Source of the DNA: Propionibacteriaceae bacterium
GTDB lineage: Bacteria; Actinomycetota; Actinomycetes; Propionibacteriales; Propionibacteriaceae
Direction of reading: 5' to 3'
Length of the DNA: 32,000 nt
Assembly: GCA_031256725.1 (NCBI GenBank)
Contig: JAIRQE010000009.1
Span: 58,543-90,542, forward strand
Below, in pieces: positions 10,114 to 22,770 of the stretch (position 1 is the stretch's first letter; each line of letters starts with the position of its first letter). The translations under genes and the position numbers were made by a program. The notes under the pieces were generated by a model, which did not search any database, was not told the DNA's origin, and worked only from the letters and a program-made list of their open reading frames with translations.

Positions 10114-11550
10114 GTGACCAACACTGCAGCCGCCGCATCAGCCATCTATACCCAGATTCTTGACGTTGTTTCCACTGTCGAACCGAGAGTCGCCGAAGCC
10201 ATCCGTTCAGAGTTAAGCGACCAACGCGCTTCATTGAAGCTCATCGCTTCGGAGAACTACGCATCGCTGCCGACCCTGATGTCGATGGGTACCTGGCTTT
10301 CCGACAAATATGCTGAAGGTACGGTTGGGCATCGTTTCTATGCTGGATGCCAGAACATCGACACTGTCGAATCGGTAGCTGCCGAACACGCGAAGGCTCT
10401 CTTCGGAGCAGAGTACGCTTATGTACAACCCCACTCAGGGATTGATGCCAACCTCGTAGCCTATTGGGCGATCATGAACCTTCGCGTGGAATCCCCCACC
10501 TTGACGAGACTTCAAGCTGCCACAGTAAATGATCTCAGCGAATCCGACTGGGAGGCACTGCGCAGGGAATTCAATGAGCAGAAGGTGATGGGGATGTCAC
10601 TTGATGCTGGAGGCCATCTCACCCATGGTTTCCGCCATAATATCTCTGGCAAGATGTTCCAGCAGTGCTCCTATGGTACGAACCCCGAGACGGGACTCAT
10701 CGACTATGACGCTCTGCGCACATCAGCCCGCGAGTTCAAACCACTGATTATCGTCGCTGGTTATTCGGCTTACCCTCGTCGGGTGAACTTCGCAAAGATG
10801 CGTGAGATTGCTGATGAAGTGGGCGCCACCCTGTTTGTTGACATGGCTCATTTCGCTGGTCTCGTCGCTGGCAAGGTATTCACTGGCGAGGAGAATCCCA
10901 TCCCTTATGCCCACATCGTTGCTTCCACCACCCACAAGTCTTTGCGTGGACCTCGTGGCGGTTTCGTCTTGGCCACCTCTGAGTATGCCGACTCCGTCAA
11001 CAAGGGCTGCCCCATGGTTTTGGGTGGCCCACTTGGACATATGATGGCTGCCAAGGCTCTGGCCTTTGCTGAGGCTCGAAGCGAATCCTTCCAAACCTAT
11101 GCAGCACAGGTTGCTTCCAATGCTCAAGCATTAGCTGAGGGCCTCATGAAGCGTGGGGTACGCCTCGTCACGGGAGGTACCGACAACCATCTTGCTCTCC
11201 TTGATGTGTCAACCTTTGGTCTGACCGGTCGTCAAGCAGAATCTGCCCTTCTGGATTCTGGAGTGGTAACCAACCGTAACTCTATTCCTCGTGATCCTCA
11301 TGGCGCCTGGTACACCTCAGGTGTGCGTATTGGTACCCCTGCTCTGACGACTCGTGGATTCACCGAAGATGACTTCGATCAGGTGGCTGAATTGATCACT
11401 GAGGTCCTCACGAATACCACACCGACCTCGACACCCAAGGGCCCCTCAAAGGCTAAGTACGTCATCACTGAGGGGGTCGCTGATCGGGTACGAGCCCGTG
11501 CAGGGGAGCTCCTTGATGCCTGCCCGCTGTACCCCGGATTGGTACTCTAG
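10114..11550 (+). CDS. glyA: Serine hydroxymethyltransferase (long form, 478 aa)
   Basis: [30 protein letters not shown] and [12 protein letters not shown] (PLP lysine) motifs are present. Confidence 0.95.
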   Translation: MTNTAAAASAIYTQILDVVSTVEPRVAEAIRSELSDQRASLKLIASENYASLPTLMSMGTWLSDKYAEGTVGHRFYAGCQNIDTVESVAAEHAKALFGAEYAYVQPHSGIDANLVAYWAIMNLRVESPTLTRLQAATVNDLSESDWEALRREFNEQKVMGMSLDAGGHLTHGFRHNISGKMFQQCSYGTNPETGLIDYDALRTSAREFKPLIIVAGYSAYPRRVNFAKMREIADEVGATLFVDMAHFAGLVAGKVFTGEENPIPYAHIVASTTHKSLRGPRGGFVLATSEYADSVNKGCPMVLGGPLGHMMAAKALAFAEARSESFQTYAAQVASNAQALAEGLMKRGVRLVTGGTDNHLALLDVSTFGLTGRQAESALLDSGVVTNRNSIPRDPHGAWYTSGVRIGTPALTTRGFTEDDFDQVAELITEVLTNTTPTSTPKGPSKAKYVITEGVADRVRARAGELLDACPLYPGLVL

Positions 11551-14500
11551 AGTTCTGCCATCGCTTTGAGTATCCTTTTCGACGACACGGTTTCAATGGT
11601 ACGTAGCGACTGAGCGAAGACCTGCAATCGGAACTCTTCAATGAGGTATCCAATCCTGTCGATCTCTTGAGACGACTGCGGATGCGCATCCATCAATTCT
11701 GCGTAAGCATCAAGAACAGGATCCATCTGTTCCATGCGTGATTCATCACGTCGAGGATCTGCCATAGCCGACTTGATCCTCATCTCTATTCCTCTCAGCC
11801 ATGTGGGTACCCTTGCCAGCCACTGGGTTGGAAAGACGTGAAGGAAGCCATTGAAGATGAGGCTATCGATCTGTGACGAGGTGTCTTGAACAAGATAGGA
11901 GTTCTGATCACATTTCGCGAGCAACTGGTGTACTCCTGAAGCTATGCGCAAAGACTCGGCAGCCAGAAGAACTGTAGCATGGGTGGAATCCACTTGATCA
12001 GGGCGTACACATGTGACCATCTCAGTGAAGGTGGGCTCATCTCGTACTGCCCAGGTGTCGTGACCACTGATCAAATTGGTGACGGCTACAAAGCGGGCAT
12101 CAGCTAACAGGTCCGGCACACTCGGATAGGGGCTGGACCCTAAAGCAATCTTGTCCTGGTTCGACAGGTGAGCAATCACCCACTTATAGGGTTCGGGGAG
12201 GTTGAATCCAATCAGGCGAGCTAAGCCCTGGCGATGGCTTGACTGGGCCTGATCGAGTGAGGTGAACAATACCTCAGAAACTTGAGTGACTTCGTCTTTT
12301 AGGCAGGGATAGCCAGTAACAGTCACACCATGATCCTTGATCGACAAGTTCTCAGGCATGGAACCGAAGACCCAGGTGGTCCCGGATTCACGCTTTCGTG
12401 TTGAAGATTTTTCGAGCTTCGAGAGTACCTGGCGGCTAAGATCGGATTGGAGGGTTTCCAGGTCACGACTGTACTGGGTGGATTGGCCTGTGGTGACGAG
12501 GAAACCCATTCGAAGATGATCGGGAAGTGCCTGGGGATCCCAGCCTGTGATGGTCTCACCTGTCAGTGCATGCAGGGCTCGATCCAGTTCCTCTGTGAAC
12601 GGTTTCGTATGGTCTGCATCACTTTTCTTCAACCATGCGAGGGCTTTGGTGGCCCAGTCGGGTGCTGGCACAAAGCGGGTCCTCATGGATTTGGGAAGGG
12701 TACGGATAAGCGCAGTCGCCAGATCATGTCGACTGCCTGGTACCCCCCACGTGAACGGAGCAGGATCCAAGGAACTCAATGTTGCCAGAGGTACGGTGAC
12801 CGTGACTCCATCTCGGAAATCCCCTGGCGAGAAATGGTAATCCAAACCCAGATCAGTCTCCCCAAAGACCCAGGTGTCAGGGTACGCCTCCTCGCTGACC
12901 TGGGAATCCCGACCCAGGAGATCATCAACACCCATAAGCAAGGTGGTCTTATTCCTTGGATCGGCTCGCAACCATTTGTCGAGGGCAGATAGGGAGGATA
13001 TTCCTGCTGGAATCCTGGTGTTAAAAAATTCGAAGACCTCAGCATCATCCACGAGCACTCCACGACGGCGGGCCTTGTCTTCGAGATCCTCAATCTGCTT
13101 CTTGACTACTCCATTATGTTCAGCCACCTCCCAATAAGGTGTGCCTGCACGTGGGAGTGCCAACCCTTCGACGAGCCCAGTTTGAATGAAGATGGCACGA
13201 GCCTGGTCTGGATCGATTCTGGAGAATCCAACCCTTCTTTCGGCAACGAGTACCACACCAAGAAGGGAGATCTTCTCATAAGCTAGGACTGTACCCGTGG
13301 AGGTTGCGAAAAAGGGTTCCGAGTAGGAGCGTTGGAGCATATGTGCTCCCACCTCTTCCACCTGCTCGGCAGTGATAGCGGCAACCATGTGGGCCCACAA
13401 TCGTGTGGTTTCAATCAGTTCGACCGCCACAACTAATTCTGGGGTGGCCTTGGCTAAGACTGATCCTGGAGAGATTGCGAACCTGGATCCCCTGGTTCCC
13501 AGATAGGTTCTGGGACCTCGGCGTCGACCTTGATTCATGCTTCGAGTGTCGGGTTCTATGGCCCCGATATTCGACAATAAACCGGCCATACAGGAGGTTA
13601 ATATCTCGCTCATCTGTGCAGGAACACGATTCGTTGTGAGCTTCATCTGTTTTGTGGCCTCACGCAATTGGGTCACGAGATCCTGCCACTCTCGTACCCT
13701 CAGATAGTTGAGGTACTCAGCTCGACACATACGCCTAAACTGGCTTGAGGACAGCTGTTTTCGCTGAATTTGGAGGTACTCCCATAGTCGAAGCAGTGCC
13801 GAAAAATCACCACCGATATCGGTACTGTTCTGACTGCGGTTCTTCCATCCAGTGTGGGCAGTTGTCCGTTTGGGTTCGCAGTCTGGTGGGTCCGAATCGG
13901 GACCGACTGTGGTGAACCGTGCATGGAAACTATCGGCTTCTTCACGTTTATCCTGGGGGCGCTCACGTACATCTTGGATGCTTAAAGCCGCGACGATTGT
14001 GAGTACCTCCTTCAAGCAACCCCGGGGGCCAGATTCCAGAAGCATTCGAGCCAAGCGAGGATCGACTGGGAGGTTCGCCATCTTTCGGCCGAGTCCCGTC
14101 AAGCGTGGCATACGACCCTCACCCGAGATGGCACCCAGTTCGGTGAGCAGACGCAGACCATCGTGAACCTGCCCACGATCAGGTGGCTCCACGAATGGGA
14201 AGTCTGCGATATCACCCAAGCGCGCATTGGCCATGGCAAGGATCACCGAAGCAAGATTGGTTCTCAGTATCTCAGGTTCGGTGTACTTCTCCCGTGAATC
14301 AAAGTCGGCTTGAGAGTACAAACGCACGCAGATCCCGGGAGCCACACGCCCACATCGTCCAGCCCGTTGATTGGCTGAGGCCTGGGAGATCGACTCAATG
14401 GGGAGGCGTTGTACCTTCGTACGGGCAGAGTATCGAGAGATGCGAGCAAAACCGGGATCGACGACATAGCGAATCCCTGGAACCGTCAGTGAGGTTTCGG

Positions 14501-15329
14501 CGACATTGGTGGCGAGTACAACCCGTTGCCCACCATGGGGAGCAAAAACTTTGGCTTGTTCCTCCATCGTCAGTCGAGCATAGAGTGGAAGTACCTCCAC
14601 CCCCAGTTTGGCATCGCGTATAGCCTTGTCAGCATCCTTGATCTCGCGCTCCCCTATACAGAAAACAAGGACATCGCCCTCACGTGGAAGGCCCTTGATT
14701 GCATCGACAATAGCCTGCATGGGATCATCGTCGTCTCCCAGAGGTGTGTAAAGGATCTCGACTGGGTACCCTCTTCCGGAGACCTCCACGATGGGAGCAT
14801 TACCAAAATGGGCTGAGAACCGAGCCGTGTCAATGGTTGCTGAGGTAATGATGACTTTGAGGTCGGGTCGCTTGGGAAGCAGTTGTTTGAGGTACCCAAG
14901 AAGGAAGTCAATATTGAGACTGCGTTCATGGGCCTCATCAATGATGATGGTGTCATAGCGTTTGAGGAGGCGATCCTGACTGATCTCAGAGAGCATGATC
15001 CCGTCGGTCATGAGTTTCAACCGAGTCTGTGTGGAAGCTGTTGTGGTGAAACGCACCTGGTAGCCCACCAGATCACCAAGCGGAGTACCAATCTCTTGAG
15101 CTATACGCGTGGCCACACTTCGTGCCGCAATCCGTCGAGGTTGGGTATGCCCAATGCGTGTGTGTCCCAATCCTAGACAGATTTTAGGTAATTGGGTGGT
15201 CTTGCCTGACCCTGTTTCTCCAGCAACAACCACGACTTGGTGATCACGAATCAACTGAGCGATGTCATGTGCATAAGCTGAAATGGGTAGCCCCGAATCG
15301 ACCTGGAAGTCGAGGGGCTGGGTACTCAC
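11547..15329 (-). CDS. hrpA: ATP-dependent RNA helicase HrpA (DEAH box)
   Basis: 1260 aa. [13 protein letters not shown] Walker [14 protein letters not shown] box and QRAGRCGR motif VI, followed by HA2/OB and the long HrpA C-terminal region. Confidence 0.95.
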   Translation of the reverse strand: MSTQPLDFQVDSGLPISAYAHDIAQLIRDHQVVVVAGETGSGKTTQLPKICLGLGHTRIGHTQPRRIAARSVATRIAQEIGTPLGDLVGYQVRFTTTASTQTRLKLMTDGIMLSEISQDRLLKRYDTIIIDEAHERSLNIDFLLGYLKQLLPKRPDLKVIITSATIDTARFSAHFGNAPIVEVSGRGYPVEILYTPLGDDDDPMQAIVDAIKGLPREGDVLVFCIGEREIKDADKAIRDAKLGVEVLPLYARLTMEEQAKVFAPHGGQRVVLATNVAETSLTVPGIRYVVDPGFARISRYSARTKVQRLPIESISQASANQRAGRCGRVAPGICVRLYSQADFDSREKYTEPEILRTNLASVILAMANARLGDIADFPFVEPPDRGQVHDGLRLLTELGAISGEGRMPRLTGLGRKMANLPVDPRLARMLLESGPRGCLKEVLTIVAALSIQDVRERPQDKREEADSFHARFTTVGPDSDPPDCEPKRTTAHTGWKNRSQNSTDIGGDFSALLRLWEYLQIQRKQLSSSQFRRMCRAEYLNYLRVREWQDLVTQLREATKQMKLTTNRVPAQMSEILTSCMAGLLSNIGAIEPDTRSMNQGRRRGPRTYLGTRGSRFAISPGSVLAKATPELVVAVELIETTRLWAHMVAAITAEQVEEVGAHMLQRSYSEPFFATSTGTVLAYEKISLLGVVLVAERRVGFSRIDPDQARAIFIQTGLVEGLALPRAGTPYWEVAEHNGVVKKQIEDLEDKARRRGVLVDDAEVFEFFNTRIPAGISSLSALDKWLRADPRNKTTLLMGVDDLLGRDSQVSEEAYPDTWVFGETDLGLDYHFSPGDFRDGVTVTVPLATLSSLDPAPFTWGVPGSRHDLATALIRTLPKSMRTRFVPAPDWATKALAWLKKSDADHTKPFTEELDRALHALTGETITGWDPQALPDHLRMGFLVTTGQSTQYSRDLETLQSDLSRQVLSKLEKSSTRKRESGTTWVFGSMPENLSIKDHGVTVTGYPCLKDEVTQVSEVLFTSLDQAQSSHRQGLARLIGFNLPEPYKWVIAHLSNQDKIALGSSPYPSVPDLLADARFVAVTNLISGHDTWAVRDEPTFTEMVTCVRPDQVDSTHATVLLAAESLRIASGVHQLLAKCDQNSYLVQDTSSQIDSLIFNGFLHVFPTQWLARVPTWLRGIEMRIKSAMADPRRDESRMEQMDPVLDAYAELMDAHPQSSQEIDRIGYLIEEFRLQVFAQSLRTIETVSSKRILKAMAEL

Positions 15330-15356
15330 TCGGATAATCTACCGTAGGCTGGAACC

Positions 15357-16460
15357 ATGATGCCTGAAGTAACCCCTGCGACCTCATGTGAACTCTCCCA
15401 ATCCGACCTGCCTTTGCCTGGGCGACCCATTCCCGATTCCCTGATCTTGGCCGACCTCACCACCTTCCATATTGGGGGTCCAGCCGACAAGGTCGTCATA
15501 GCCCGTACCGAGATCGACCTCATTAAAGCAGTACGCGAGGCAGATGAGGATTCCACGCCAGTCCTGATCATCTCGGGTGGATCTAATATGCTCATCGCCG
15601 ACGAGGGATTTCGAGGTACCGTCATCGTCGTGGCCACCCAGGGGGTCATTCTTGATGAATCTGCATGTGCTGGAGCCTATCTCAGTGTCGCTGCTGGTGA
15701 AACCTGGGACTATTTGGCGGCTGAAACCATCGCCCACGGATGGACTGGCCTGGAAATGCTTTCAGGGATTCCTGGGTTGGTCGGTGCAGCCCCCATCCAA
15801 AATATTGGAGCCTATGGGGCTGAAGCAGCCTCAACTATTGCCAGAGTACGTACCTTCGACCGACAGAGTTCTCAGGTCACAACCTTCTATCCTGCCGACT
15901 GCCATTTCGACTACCGAACCAGCATCTTCAAACAGGAACCAGGCCGCTATGTGATCCTCAGCGTCGACTTTCAACTCAAACACGGCAGTCTGTCCACCCC
16001 CATTCGATACGCCGAATTGGCCCGCCACCTTGGAGTTGAACTCGGCGATCAAGTACCCCTTGCAAAGGTACGGGAGGCTGTACTGGCACTTCGCCGAAGT
16101 AAAGGGATGGTGGTTGACCCCGACGATCATGACACTTGGAGTGCTGGGTCATTCTTTACCAATCCGATTGTCTCCCCCGATGTCGCTGCTCACCTCCCTG
16201 TAGAGGCGCCACAATTCCCCCAAGAGGATGGGACTATCAAAACCTCTGCTGCCTGGCTCATTGATCACGCTGGGTTCCCCAAAGGCTATGGTCGCGGACT
16301 GGCCACTCTCTCCACTAAGCATGTCCTGGCTTTGACCAACAGGGGTACCGCCACGGCTTGCGACGTCCTCACTTTGGCTAAAGAAATCCAAGAGGGTGTC
16401 CACCTACAGTACGGAATCATCCTAGATCCAGAACCACACCTCATTGGAGTATCATTCTAA
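15357..16460 (+). CDS. murB: UDP-N-acetylenolpyruvoylglucosamine reductase
   Basis: 367 aa. FAD-binding region (TTFHIGGPA, ISGGSNMLI, LSGIPGLVGAAPIQNIGAYG) and a MurB C-terminal domain (GSFFTNP). Confidence 0.93.
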   Translation: MMPEVTPATSCELSQSDLPLPGRPIPDSLILADLTTFHIGGPADKVVIARTEIDLIKAVREADEDSTPVLIISGGSNMLIADEGFRGTVIVVATQGVILDESACAGAYLSVAAGETWDYLAAETIAHGWTGLEMLSGIPGLVGAAPIQNIGAYGAEAASTIARVRTFDRQSSQVTTFYPADCHFDYRTSIFKQEPGRYVILSVDFQLKHGSLSTPIRYAELARHLGVELGDQVPLAKVREAVLALRRSKGMVVDPDDHDTWSAGSFFTNPIVSPDVAAHLPVEAPQFPQEDGTIKTSAAWLIDHAGFPKGYGRGLATLSTKHVLALTNRGTATACDVLTLAKEIQEGVHLQYGIILDPEPHLIGVSF

Positions 16461-16524
16461 AACAATCGCCAAGACTGGGCATCTTTACTCGACCAGTACC
16501 TTGTTGAGGTGAGAGAATTGGCGA

Positions 16525-17712
16525 GTGAGAGATGTTGTTATCTTGGGTTCGACTGGATCGATTGGTACCCAAGCTCTTGATGTTGTCCTTCGACACAAGG
16601 ATCGTTTTCGAGTCATTGGACTCTCGGCGGGAGGCTCCGATATTGACCGTTTGGCTGACCATATTGGTGCTGTACGACCCTCTCATGTTGGAGTACCTCG
16701 TGAAGACACTGCCCTAGCACTCAAGGAGGTGCTGGACGAGAAGGGCATCCCCCAGCCCATCATCCATTCAGGCCCGGATGCTTCATCTGAGCTCGCTGGA
16801 ATGGGAGCCCATGTTGTCCTGAATGCTATTACTGGGTATGCAGGATTGGAACCAACCCTGGCAACCCTCCAAGCGGGATCAACCCTGGCCCTGGCCAATA
16901 AAGAGTCTCTAGTTGTTGGCGGAGAGCTTGTCACTGAGGCGGGGGTACCAGGCCAAATAGTGCCCGTAGATTCTGAGCATTCAGCCCTGGCACAGGCACT
17001 GAGATCGGGTACTGATCACGAGGTGGCCCGGTTGATCCTCACGGCATCTGGGGGTCCCTTTAGGGGGTACACCCGTGAGCAGCTTAGTACTGTCACTGTC
17101 GATGATGCCCTGGCCCACCCCACATGGGATATGGGTCGGGTGGTGACCATCAATTCGTCAACCCTTGTCAACAAGGGACTCGAGCTCATTGAGGCAGCCC
17201 TGCTTTTCTCTATCGACTGGGACAAGATCCAGGTGGTGGTACATCCACAATCCGTGGTTCACTCCATGGTCGAGTTCCAAGACGGGTCAACAATCGCGCA
17301 ATGCTCCCCACCGGATATGCGTCTACCCATTGCCCTAGGCCTCAGCTGGCCTGATCGTCTAGAAGATGTGGCCCAACCCTGTGATTGGACTCAAGCAAGC
17401 ACATGGACCTTTGAGCCACTGGACTCAGACACCTTCCCTGCTGTTGAGTTGGCGCGTACCGTTGGTCAGATCGGCGGTACCCTACCTGCCGTCTTCAATG
17501 CCGCAAATGAGGAATGTGTTGATGCCTTTTGCGAACGAAGACTAGAATTTCTTGGTATCGTTGATACTGTATCGAGTGTGGTGGCTTCCTACTTGAGTGA
17601 GCATCCCGAACTCAGTCAGGATCACCGTCCAGCGACAACACTCGATGATATCCGTGCCGCAGATGCCCTGGCACGGACTATGACAAGGGAAGCCATCGAG
17701 AGGAACTCATGA
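16525..17712 (+). CDS. dxr: 1-deoxy-D-xylulose 5-phosphate reductoisomerase
   Basis: 395 aa. ILGSTGSIGTQALDV NADPH-binding motif, LANKESLV, PVDSEHSA, LTASGGPF. Confidence 0.96.
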   Translation: MRDVVILGSTGSIGTQALDVVLRHKDRFRVIGLSAGGSDIDRLADHIGAVRPSHVGVPREDTALALKEVLDEKGIPQPIIHSGPDASSELAGMGAHVVLNAITGYAGLEPTLATLQAGSTLALANKESLVVGGELVTEAGVPGQIVPVDSEHSALAQALRSGTDHEVARLILTASGGPFRGYTREQLSTVTVDDALAHPTWDMGRVVTINSSTLVNKGLELIEAALLFSIDWDKIQVVVHPQSVVHSMVEFQDGSTIAQCSPPDMRLPIALGLSWPDRLEDVAQPCDWTQASTWTFEPLDSDTFPAVELARTVGQIGGTLPAVFNAANEECVDAFCERRLEFLGIVDTVSSVVASYLSEHPELSQDHRPATTLDDIRAADALARTMTREAIERNS

Positions 17713-18974
17713 ACAACACTCTGGTCACCATCATTGGTGCCCTCATCTTCTTTGCACTCATTATGTTGAGCGTGATGATGCATGAACTGGGTCACTTCAT
17801 TCCAGGAAAGCTTTTCAAGGTGAAGGTCACACAGTTCTTCCTCGGCTTCGGAAAGAACATCTGGAAGACCCAACGTGGTGAAACCGAGTATGGGGTCAAG
17901 ATCTTCCCCCTGGGTGGCTACGTTCGGATGCTTGGGATGTACCCACCCCACAAGGAAGATAAGGATACCTGGCTCAAGCGTGTCGCTGACTCGGCACGGG
18001 AGGCCGAATGGGACGAGATCACCGACGAGGATCTTGAGTCTAGAAGGATGTACTTCCAAAAGCCTCTGTGGCAGCGCATGGTGATCATGCTCTCTGGCGT
18101 GATGATGAATATCCTTCTCGCCTTTGGTCTATTTCTGGGAGTCAACCTTGCCTATGGTGCCGAGCAATCCTCAACCGAGATTGCACGCGTATGGGAGTGT
18201 ATCGACCCTGCAGCGGACATATGTACCCCCACTCCAGCAGCCTCAATGGGACTACAGGTGGGCGACAGAATCACTGCTTTCAATGGTACGACCTTCGAGC
18301 GCTGGGATGATTTAACGGCAGCCATCAGAGCCAATGGTGACAGATCCGTACAATTAGACATCCTTCGTGATGGTGCCCCGATGAAGCTCCCCAAAGTACA
18401 GGGGATGATCAACACTGTGAATGATCCCGACAACCCTGGGCAGACAATTGAGGTTGGATTCCTGGGTGTGACCTCGGGATATGAGATGGTTAAAGTCGGC
18501 CCAGTCCAGACCCTTCAAGAGATGTGGACCATGACCTCCGAATCTGTGAAGGCCATCGTCAAGCTGCCGGTCACGGCAGTCACAATGATTATCGACATGG
18601 TGACAGGGCAACCTCGTGATCCCAATGGGCCCATTTCTATCGTCGGAGCCTCAGTGATCGCTGGTGATGTCGCAGCTGCGGATGCCCCCGCCAGTACGAG
18701 GATCGCCTTCTATCTCAGACTCCTGGCTGGTGTGAATCTCTTTGTGGGGGTCATCAATCTTGTACCCCTGCTGCCCTTCGATGGCGGCCATGTTGCTGCG
18801 GGAATCTTTGAGGGAATACGTCGAGGCTTCGCCAAGCTTCGCGGCAAACCTGATCCTGGACCAGCCGACACTGCCAAACTCTTACCCGTCACCTATGTTG
18901 TATTCGCACTGCTGTGTTTGATTGGCATAACCTTCATCGTCGCAGATATCATTGCCCCTGTCAGGCTTAACTAG
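17709..18974 (+). CDS. rseP: Site-2 (M50) intramembrane zinc metalloprotease, RseP/Rip1 type
   Basis: 421 aa. HELGHF zinc motif in TM1, a central PDZ-like segment and [12 protein letters not shown]. It overlaps the dxr stop by 4 nt. The position between dxr and ispG matches mycobacteria. Confidence 0.9.
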   Translation: MNNTLVTIIGALIFFALIMLSVMMHELGHFIPGKLFKVKVTQFFLGFGKNIWKTQRGETEYGVKIFPLGGYVRMLGMYPPHKEDKDTWLKRVADSAREAEWDEITDEDLESRRMYFQKPLWQRMVIMLSGVMMNILLAFGLFLGVNLAYGAEQSSTEIARVWECIDPAADICTPTPAASMGLQVGDRITAFNGTTFERWDDLTAAIRANGDRSVQLDILRDGAPMKLPKVQGMINTVNDPDNPGQTIEVGFLGVTSGYEMVKVGPVQTLQEMWTMTSESVKAIVKLPVTAVTMIIDMVTGQPRDPNGPISIVGASVIAGDVAAADAPASTRIAFYLRLLAGVNLFVGVINLVPLLPFDGGHVAAGIFEGIRRGFAKLRGKPDPGPADTAKLLPVTYVVFALLCLIGITFIVADIIAPVRLN

Positions 18975-18982
18975 GAGTATCC

Positions 18983-20086
18983 ATGTCTGAAGAATCCCAA
19001 CCTTTGACCCCACGGCGTACCACCCGAAAGGTGAAGCTCGGTTCCCTCTTTGTTGGCGGTGATGCCCCCATCACTGTACAGACGATGACGACGACCCCCA
19101 CCAATGATGTGGATGCCACCCTTCAGCAGATCGCTGAGGTGACTGCTGCTGGCTGTGACATCGTACGTGTTGCATGCCCACGGCAAGCCGATGCTGATGC
19201 CTTGAGTACTATTGCAGCCAAGTCACCGATCCCAGTCATTGCTGATATTCACTTCCAGCCGAACTATGTTTTCGCTGCTATTGAAGCAGGATGTGCAGGG
19301 GTACGCGTCAATCCCGGCAATATTAAAGCCTTCGACGACCAGATTGCTGACATTGCTAAGGCAGCGACCGACTATGGTACTGCCCTACGCATCGGTATCA
19401 ATGCAGGATCCTTGGATGATCGGGTCATGGCAAAATACGGGACGGCCTGCCCGGAGGCCCTCGTCGAGTCTGCCCTCAACGAAGCACGATTGTTTGAGGA
19501 GGTCGGATTCTACGATTTTGGGATCTCGGTCAAGCACCATGACGTCGTCACCATGGTCAATGCCTACCGCCTCCTATCCGAGAAGTGCGATTATCCCCTC
19601 CACCTTGGTGTGACTGAGGCAGGCCCCACCCTTCAAGGAACGGTCAAATCTTCAGCTGCATTCGCCATCCTTCTCAGTGAAGGAATCGGAGATACGATTC
19701 GGGTTTCCCTGTCTGCGCCACCAGTAGAGGAGGTCAAGGTTGGCACAAAACTCCTTGAGTCACTCCATCTTCGCCCTCGCACCCTGGAGATCATCTCCTG
19801 CCCGACCTGTGGTCGTTGCCAGGTTGATGTCTATTCCCTTGCTGATCAGGTGACTGAGGGTCTCAAGGATCTTGATGTACCTATGAGAGTGGCTGTGATG
19901 GGATGTATCGTCAACGGCCCTGGTGAGGCTCGTGAAGCCGATCTGGGTGTGGCCTCCGGTCATGGCAACGGCAAGATCTTCGTTCGTGGTGAAGTGATCG
20001 AGACTGTACCTGAGGAGAATATCCTTACCAGTCTCATCTCGCACGCACACAGGATCGCCGAAGAAATCCGGGAGAACCCGAACTAG
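18983..20086 (+). CDS. ispG: 4-hydroxy-3-methylbut-2-en-1-yl diphosphate synthase
   Basis: 367 aa. VQTMT, RVNPGN, and the Fe-S cysteines ISCPTCGRC plus GCIVNGPGE. Confidence 0.96.
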   Translation: MSEESQPLTPRRTTRKVKLGSLFVGGDAPITVQTMTTTPTNDVDATLQQIAEVTAAGCDIVRVACPRQADADALSTIAAKSPIPVIADIHFQPNYVFAAIEAGCAGVRVNPGNIKAFDDQIADIAKAATDYGTALRIGINAGSLDDRVMAKYGTACPEALVESALNEARLFEEVGFYDFGISVKHHDVVTMVNAYRLLSEKCDYPLHLGVTEAGPTLQGTVKSSAAFAILLSEGIGDTIRVSLSAPPVEEVKVGTKLLESLHLRPRTLEIISCPTCGRCQVDVYSLADQVTEGLKDLDVPMRVAVMGCIVNGPGEAREADLGVASGHGNGKIFVRGEVIETVPEENILTSLISHAHRIAEEIRENPN

Positions 20087-20103
20087 ACCTTTGAGAGGCA
20101 ACC

Positions 20104-20934
20104 ATGGGCGAGGTGAGAGTGATCACCCCCAATCAAGCCGATGAGGTCTGGCGCCTCATCAGTCTTCGAATGATCGACAATATAGTTGTCGCCTCCAAGA
20201 TGGAGGAGTTCGGGGTGAATCGAACCAGGTCAGGGATTGAGCTTGTGGGCTATTGGGAGGATGGCCAACTGATGTCCGTACTCTGTAATGGACCCAACCT
20301 GCAGCCGATCAACGCAACCGAGGCGGCCCTCGACTCCTTTAGTACCTACGTCGAATATCGTCGCTGCATCTCCATTGTGGGTGTACGAGAAGAATCCTTG
20401 GGGTTGTGGAATCGGTTGTGTCAACGAAGTTTCACCCAATGGGCTTCCCCACGCGAGGTGAGGGATCATCAGAAGGTTATGCGACTGACTGGCCCTCCTC
20501 AGATCGCTCCCAGCCCCAGTGTTCACCCTATTTCGACACGCCACCTGGATGCCTATCTTCGAGCCGCCATCTCTATGTATACCGAAGAGGTTGGTGTATC
20601 TCCAGCCGATCCCCAGGGTTCCTACCGTGACCATGTTGGTACCCTCATGATGAAGGGTCGTACCTTTGGTGTCATGGATGGTACCCGTGTGGTTTTCAAA
20701 GCCGATATTGTGGCAGCTGCTGCGGGTATCTGTCAGATTGGTGGAGTCTGGTTGGCTCCTGAGTACCGCCACCAGGGGTTTTCTGAAGCTCTCATGTCGG
20801 GTGTGGTTGCCCACTGCCAGGAACGATTCCCAACAGTGAGCCTCTATGTCAATCCCTATAATCACGCGGCTCTACGCTGCTACAAAGCTATCGGTTTTAC
20901 TCAGATTAGTGAGTGTGCGACGATCATGTACTAG
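20104..20934 (+). CDS. GNAT-family N-acetyltransferase (two-domain type found next to ispG in mycobacteria)
   Basis: 276 aa. C-terminal GNAT core with the acetyl-CoA motif VWLAPEYRHQGFSEALM and NHAALRCYKAIGF. The synteny matches the mycobacterial gene next to gcpE. Confidence 0.75.
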   Translation: MGEVRVITPNQADEVWRLISLRMIDNIVVASKMEEFGVNRTRSGIELVGYWEDGQLMSVLCNGPNLQPINATEAALDSFSTYVEYRRCISIVGVREESLGLWNRLCQRSFTQWASPREVRDHQKVMRLTGPPQIAPSPSVHPISTRHLDAYLRAAISMYTEEVGVSPADPQGSYRDHVGTLMMKGRTFGVMDGTRVVFKADIVAAAAGICQIGGVWLAPEYRHQGFSEALMSGVVAHCQERFPTVSLYVNPYNHAALRCYKAIGFTQISECATIMY

Positions 20935-20988
20935 GTCTGTGGGGTCACACCAGTAGACTTGGACGGTTCCATCATTCAAGGAGTGAGT

Positions 20989-22770
20989 ATGTCGTACGCG
21001 CTGATGTCCCAGTTGTTTGTTCGTACCCTAAGGGAGGACCCAGCTGATGCTGAGGTACCAAGCCATCGCTTGCTCGTAAGAGCCGGTTACATCCGCAGGG
21101 CAGCCCCTGGGATCTATTCCTGGTTGCCACTGGGGTTGAAGGTACTGGCTAAGGTGGACCGCATCGTACGAGAAGAGGTCGAAGCTATTGGGGCTCAAGA
21201 GGTGCATTTCCCAGCCCTTCTCCCCAAAGAGCCCTATGAGCAGACCAACAGGTGGACTGAGTACGGACCCAACCTGTTCAGGCTCAAGGATCGCAAGGGT
21301 GTAGACATGCTTCTTGGGCCAACCCATGAGGAGATGTTTACCCTGATCGTGAAGGATCTGTATTCCTCCTACAAGGATCTTCCAGTGATCCTTTATCAGG
21401 TGCAGACCAAGTACCGTGATGAGGCCCGCCCGCGCGCTGGAATCCTTCGTGGACGCGAGTTCACGATGAAGGACTCCTATTCCTTTGATATTGATGAGGC
21501 TGGGTTGCAGGTGGCCTATGACAAGCATCGCGAGTGCTACCAGCGGATCATGGAAAGACTCGGCCTTGAGTATGTGATCGTCAAGGCGACCTCTGGAGCC
21601 ATGGGAGGTTCCCGTTCTGAAGAGTTCCTCGCGTTGGCAGACAATGGCGAAGATACCTTTGTACGCTCTCCTGGCGGGTATGCCGCCAATGTTGAGGCTG
21701 CCTCGGTAGCCCCAGGCGAACCCCAGGATTATTCCACAGTCCCAAGCCCAACAACTATCGATACTCCAGGGGCCTCAACCATTGATCTTCTCGTGACTGC
21801 GGTCAACGAGGCTGCACCCCGCAAGGATCGTGAATGGAATGGTGGTGACACTCTCAAGAATGTCGTCTTCATGAGGGTGACTCCTGAAGGAAAGCGCAGC
21901 CCACTGATCATCGGACTTCCAGGGGATCGCGAGGTTGACGAAAAGAGGTTGGAAGCCGCCATTAGCCCTGATGAGGTTGAACCCTTCAATGATGATGATT
22001 TTGAAGCCCACCCCATGCTCGTCAAAGGCTACATCGGCCCTGGTGTACTCACCGAAAACTTAGCATTGCTTGGAACCAAGGGCAGCTCTCAGATCACCTA
22101 TCTGACTGATCCTAGGGTTGTCGAAGGTACGTCGTGGATCACGGGCGCTAATACTGCCGATACCCACGTCATCAACCTCGTCATGGGTAGAGATTTCACC
22201 TCCGATGGGATCATTGATGTCGCTGAGATCCGTGAAGGTGACCCAGCTCCCGATGGTTCAGGTCCCCTAGAATTGGCTCGCGGGGTGGAAATGGGTCACA
22301 TCTTCCAATTGGGGAAGAAGTACGCTGAAGCCCTCGGACTTCAGGTCCTGGATGCCAATGGGAAACTTGTGACAGTCACCATGGGCTCCTATGGGTTTGG
22401 TGTCACCCGAGCAGTTGCTATGGTGGCTGAGTCTAGCTGTGATGACAAGGGGCTCGCTTGGCCTCGAAACCTCGCACCCTTCGATGTTGTCATCATTGTC
22501 GCTGGTAAGGACGAACAGGCCCACGAGGTTGCTAGCAAACTCGCAGAAGACCTGGATAGTGCTGAAGTTGAGGTTGTCCTTGATGATCGCAATGTTTCAC
22601 CTGGGGTTAAGTTTGCAGACTCGGAACTCATCGGATTCCCGACCTGTGTTGTCGTTGGTCGTGGCTTGAAGGACGGTGTCGTCGAGGTACGTGACCGTGC
22701 TCAGGATACGGCCCGAAATGTACCAGTGGATGAGGCTCTCGCCGAAATACTTTCTGAGGTTCGTTCCTAG
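20989..22770 (+). CDS. proS: Proline--tRNA ligase (bacterial type with INS editing domain)
   Basis: The N-terminus [31 protein letters not shown] is collinear with E. coli ProS. Class II motifs are present ([17 protein letters not shown]). ATG 20989 with AAGGAG 6 nt upstream is preferred over the track start at 20959. Confidence 0.95.
   Translation: MSYALMSQLFVRTLREDPADAEVPSHRLLVRAGYIRRAAPGIYSWLPLGLKVLAKVDRIVREEVEAIGAQEVHFPALLPKEPYEQTNRWTEYGPNLFRLKDRKGVDMLLGPTHEEMFTLIVKDLYSSYKDLPVILYQVQTKYRDEARPRAGILRGREFTMKDSYSFDIDEAGLQVAYDKHRECYQRIMERLGLEYVIVKATSGAMGGSRSEEFLALADNGEDTFVRSPGGYAANVEAASVAPGEPQDYSTVPSPTTIDTPGASTIDLLVTAVNEAAPRKDREWNGGDTLKNVVFMRVTPEGKRSPLIIGLPGDREVDEKRLEAAISPDEVEPFNDDDFEAHPMLVKGYIGPGVLTENLALLGTKGSSQITYLTDPRVVEGTSWITGANTADTHVINLVMGRDFTSDGIIDVAEIREGDPAPDGSGPLELARGVEMGHIFQLGKKYAEALGLQVLDANGKLVTVTMGSYGFGVTRAVAMVAESSCDDKGLAWPRNLAPFDVVIIVAGKDEQAHEVASKLAEDLDSAEVEVVLDDRNVSPGVKFADSELIGFPTCVVVGRGLKDGVVEVRDRAQDTARNVPVDEALAEILSEVRS

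Noticed and set aside
3517-20865. Many 60-210-aa ORFs opposite or overlapping mfd, hrpA, glyA, dxr, rseP, GNAT and others (for example 4590..5174, 12447..12992, 10723..11127, 20230..20865)
   Set aside because: Each is embedded in a strongly conserved gene on the other strand or frame. Shadow ORFs are expected in mid/high-GC DNA, and none has motifs or an RBS.
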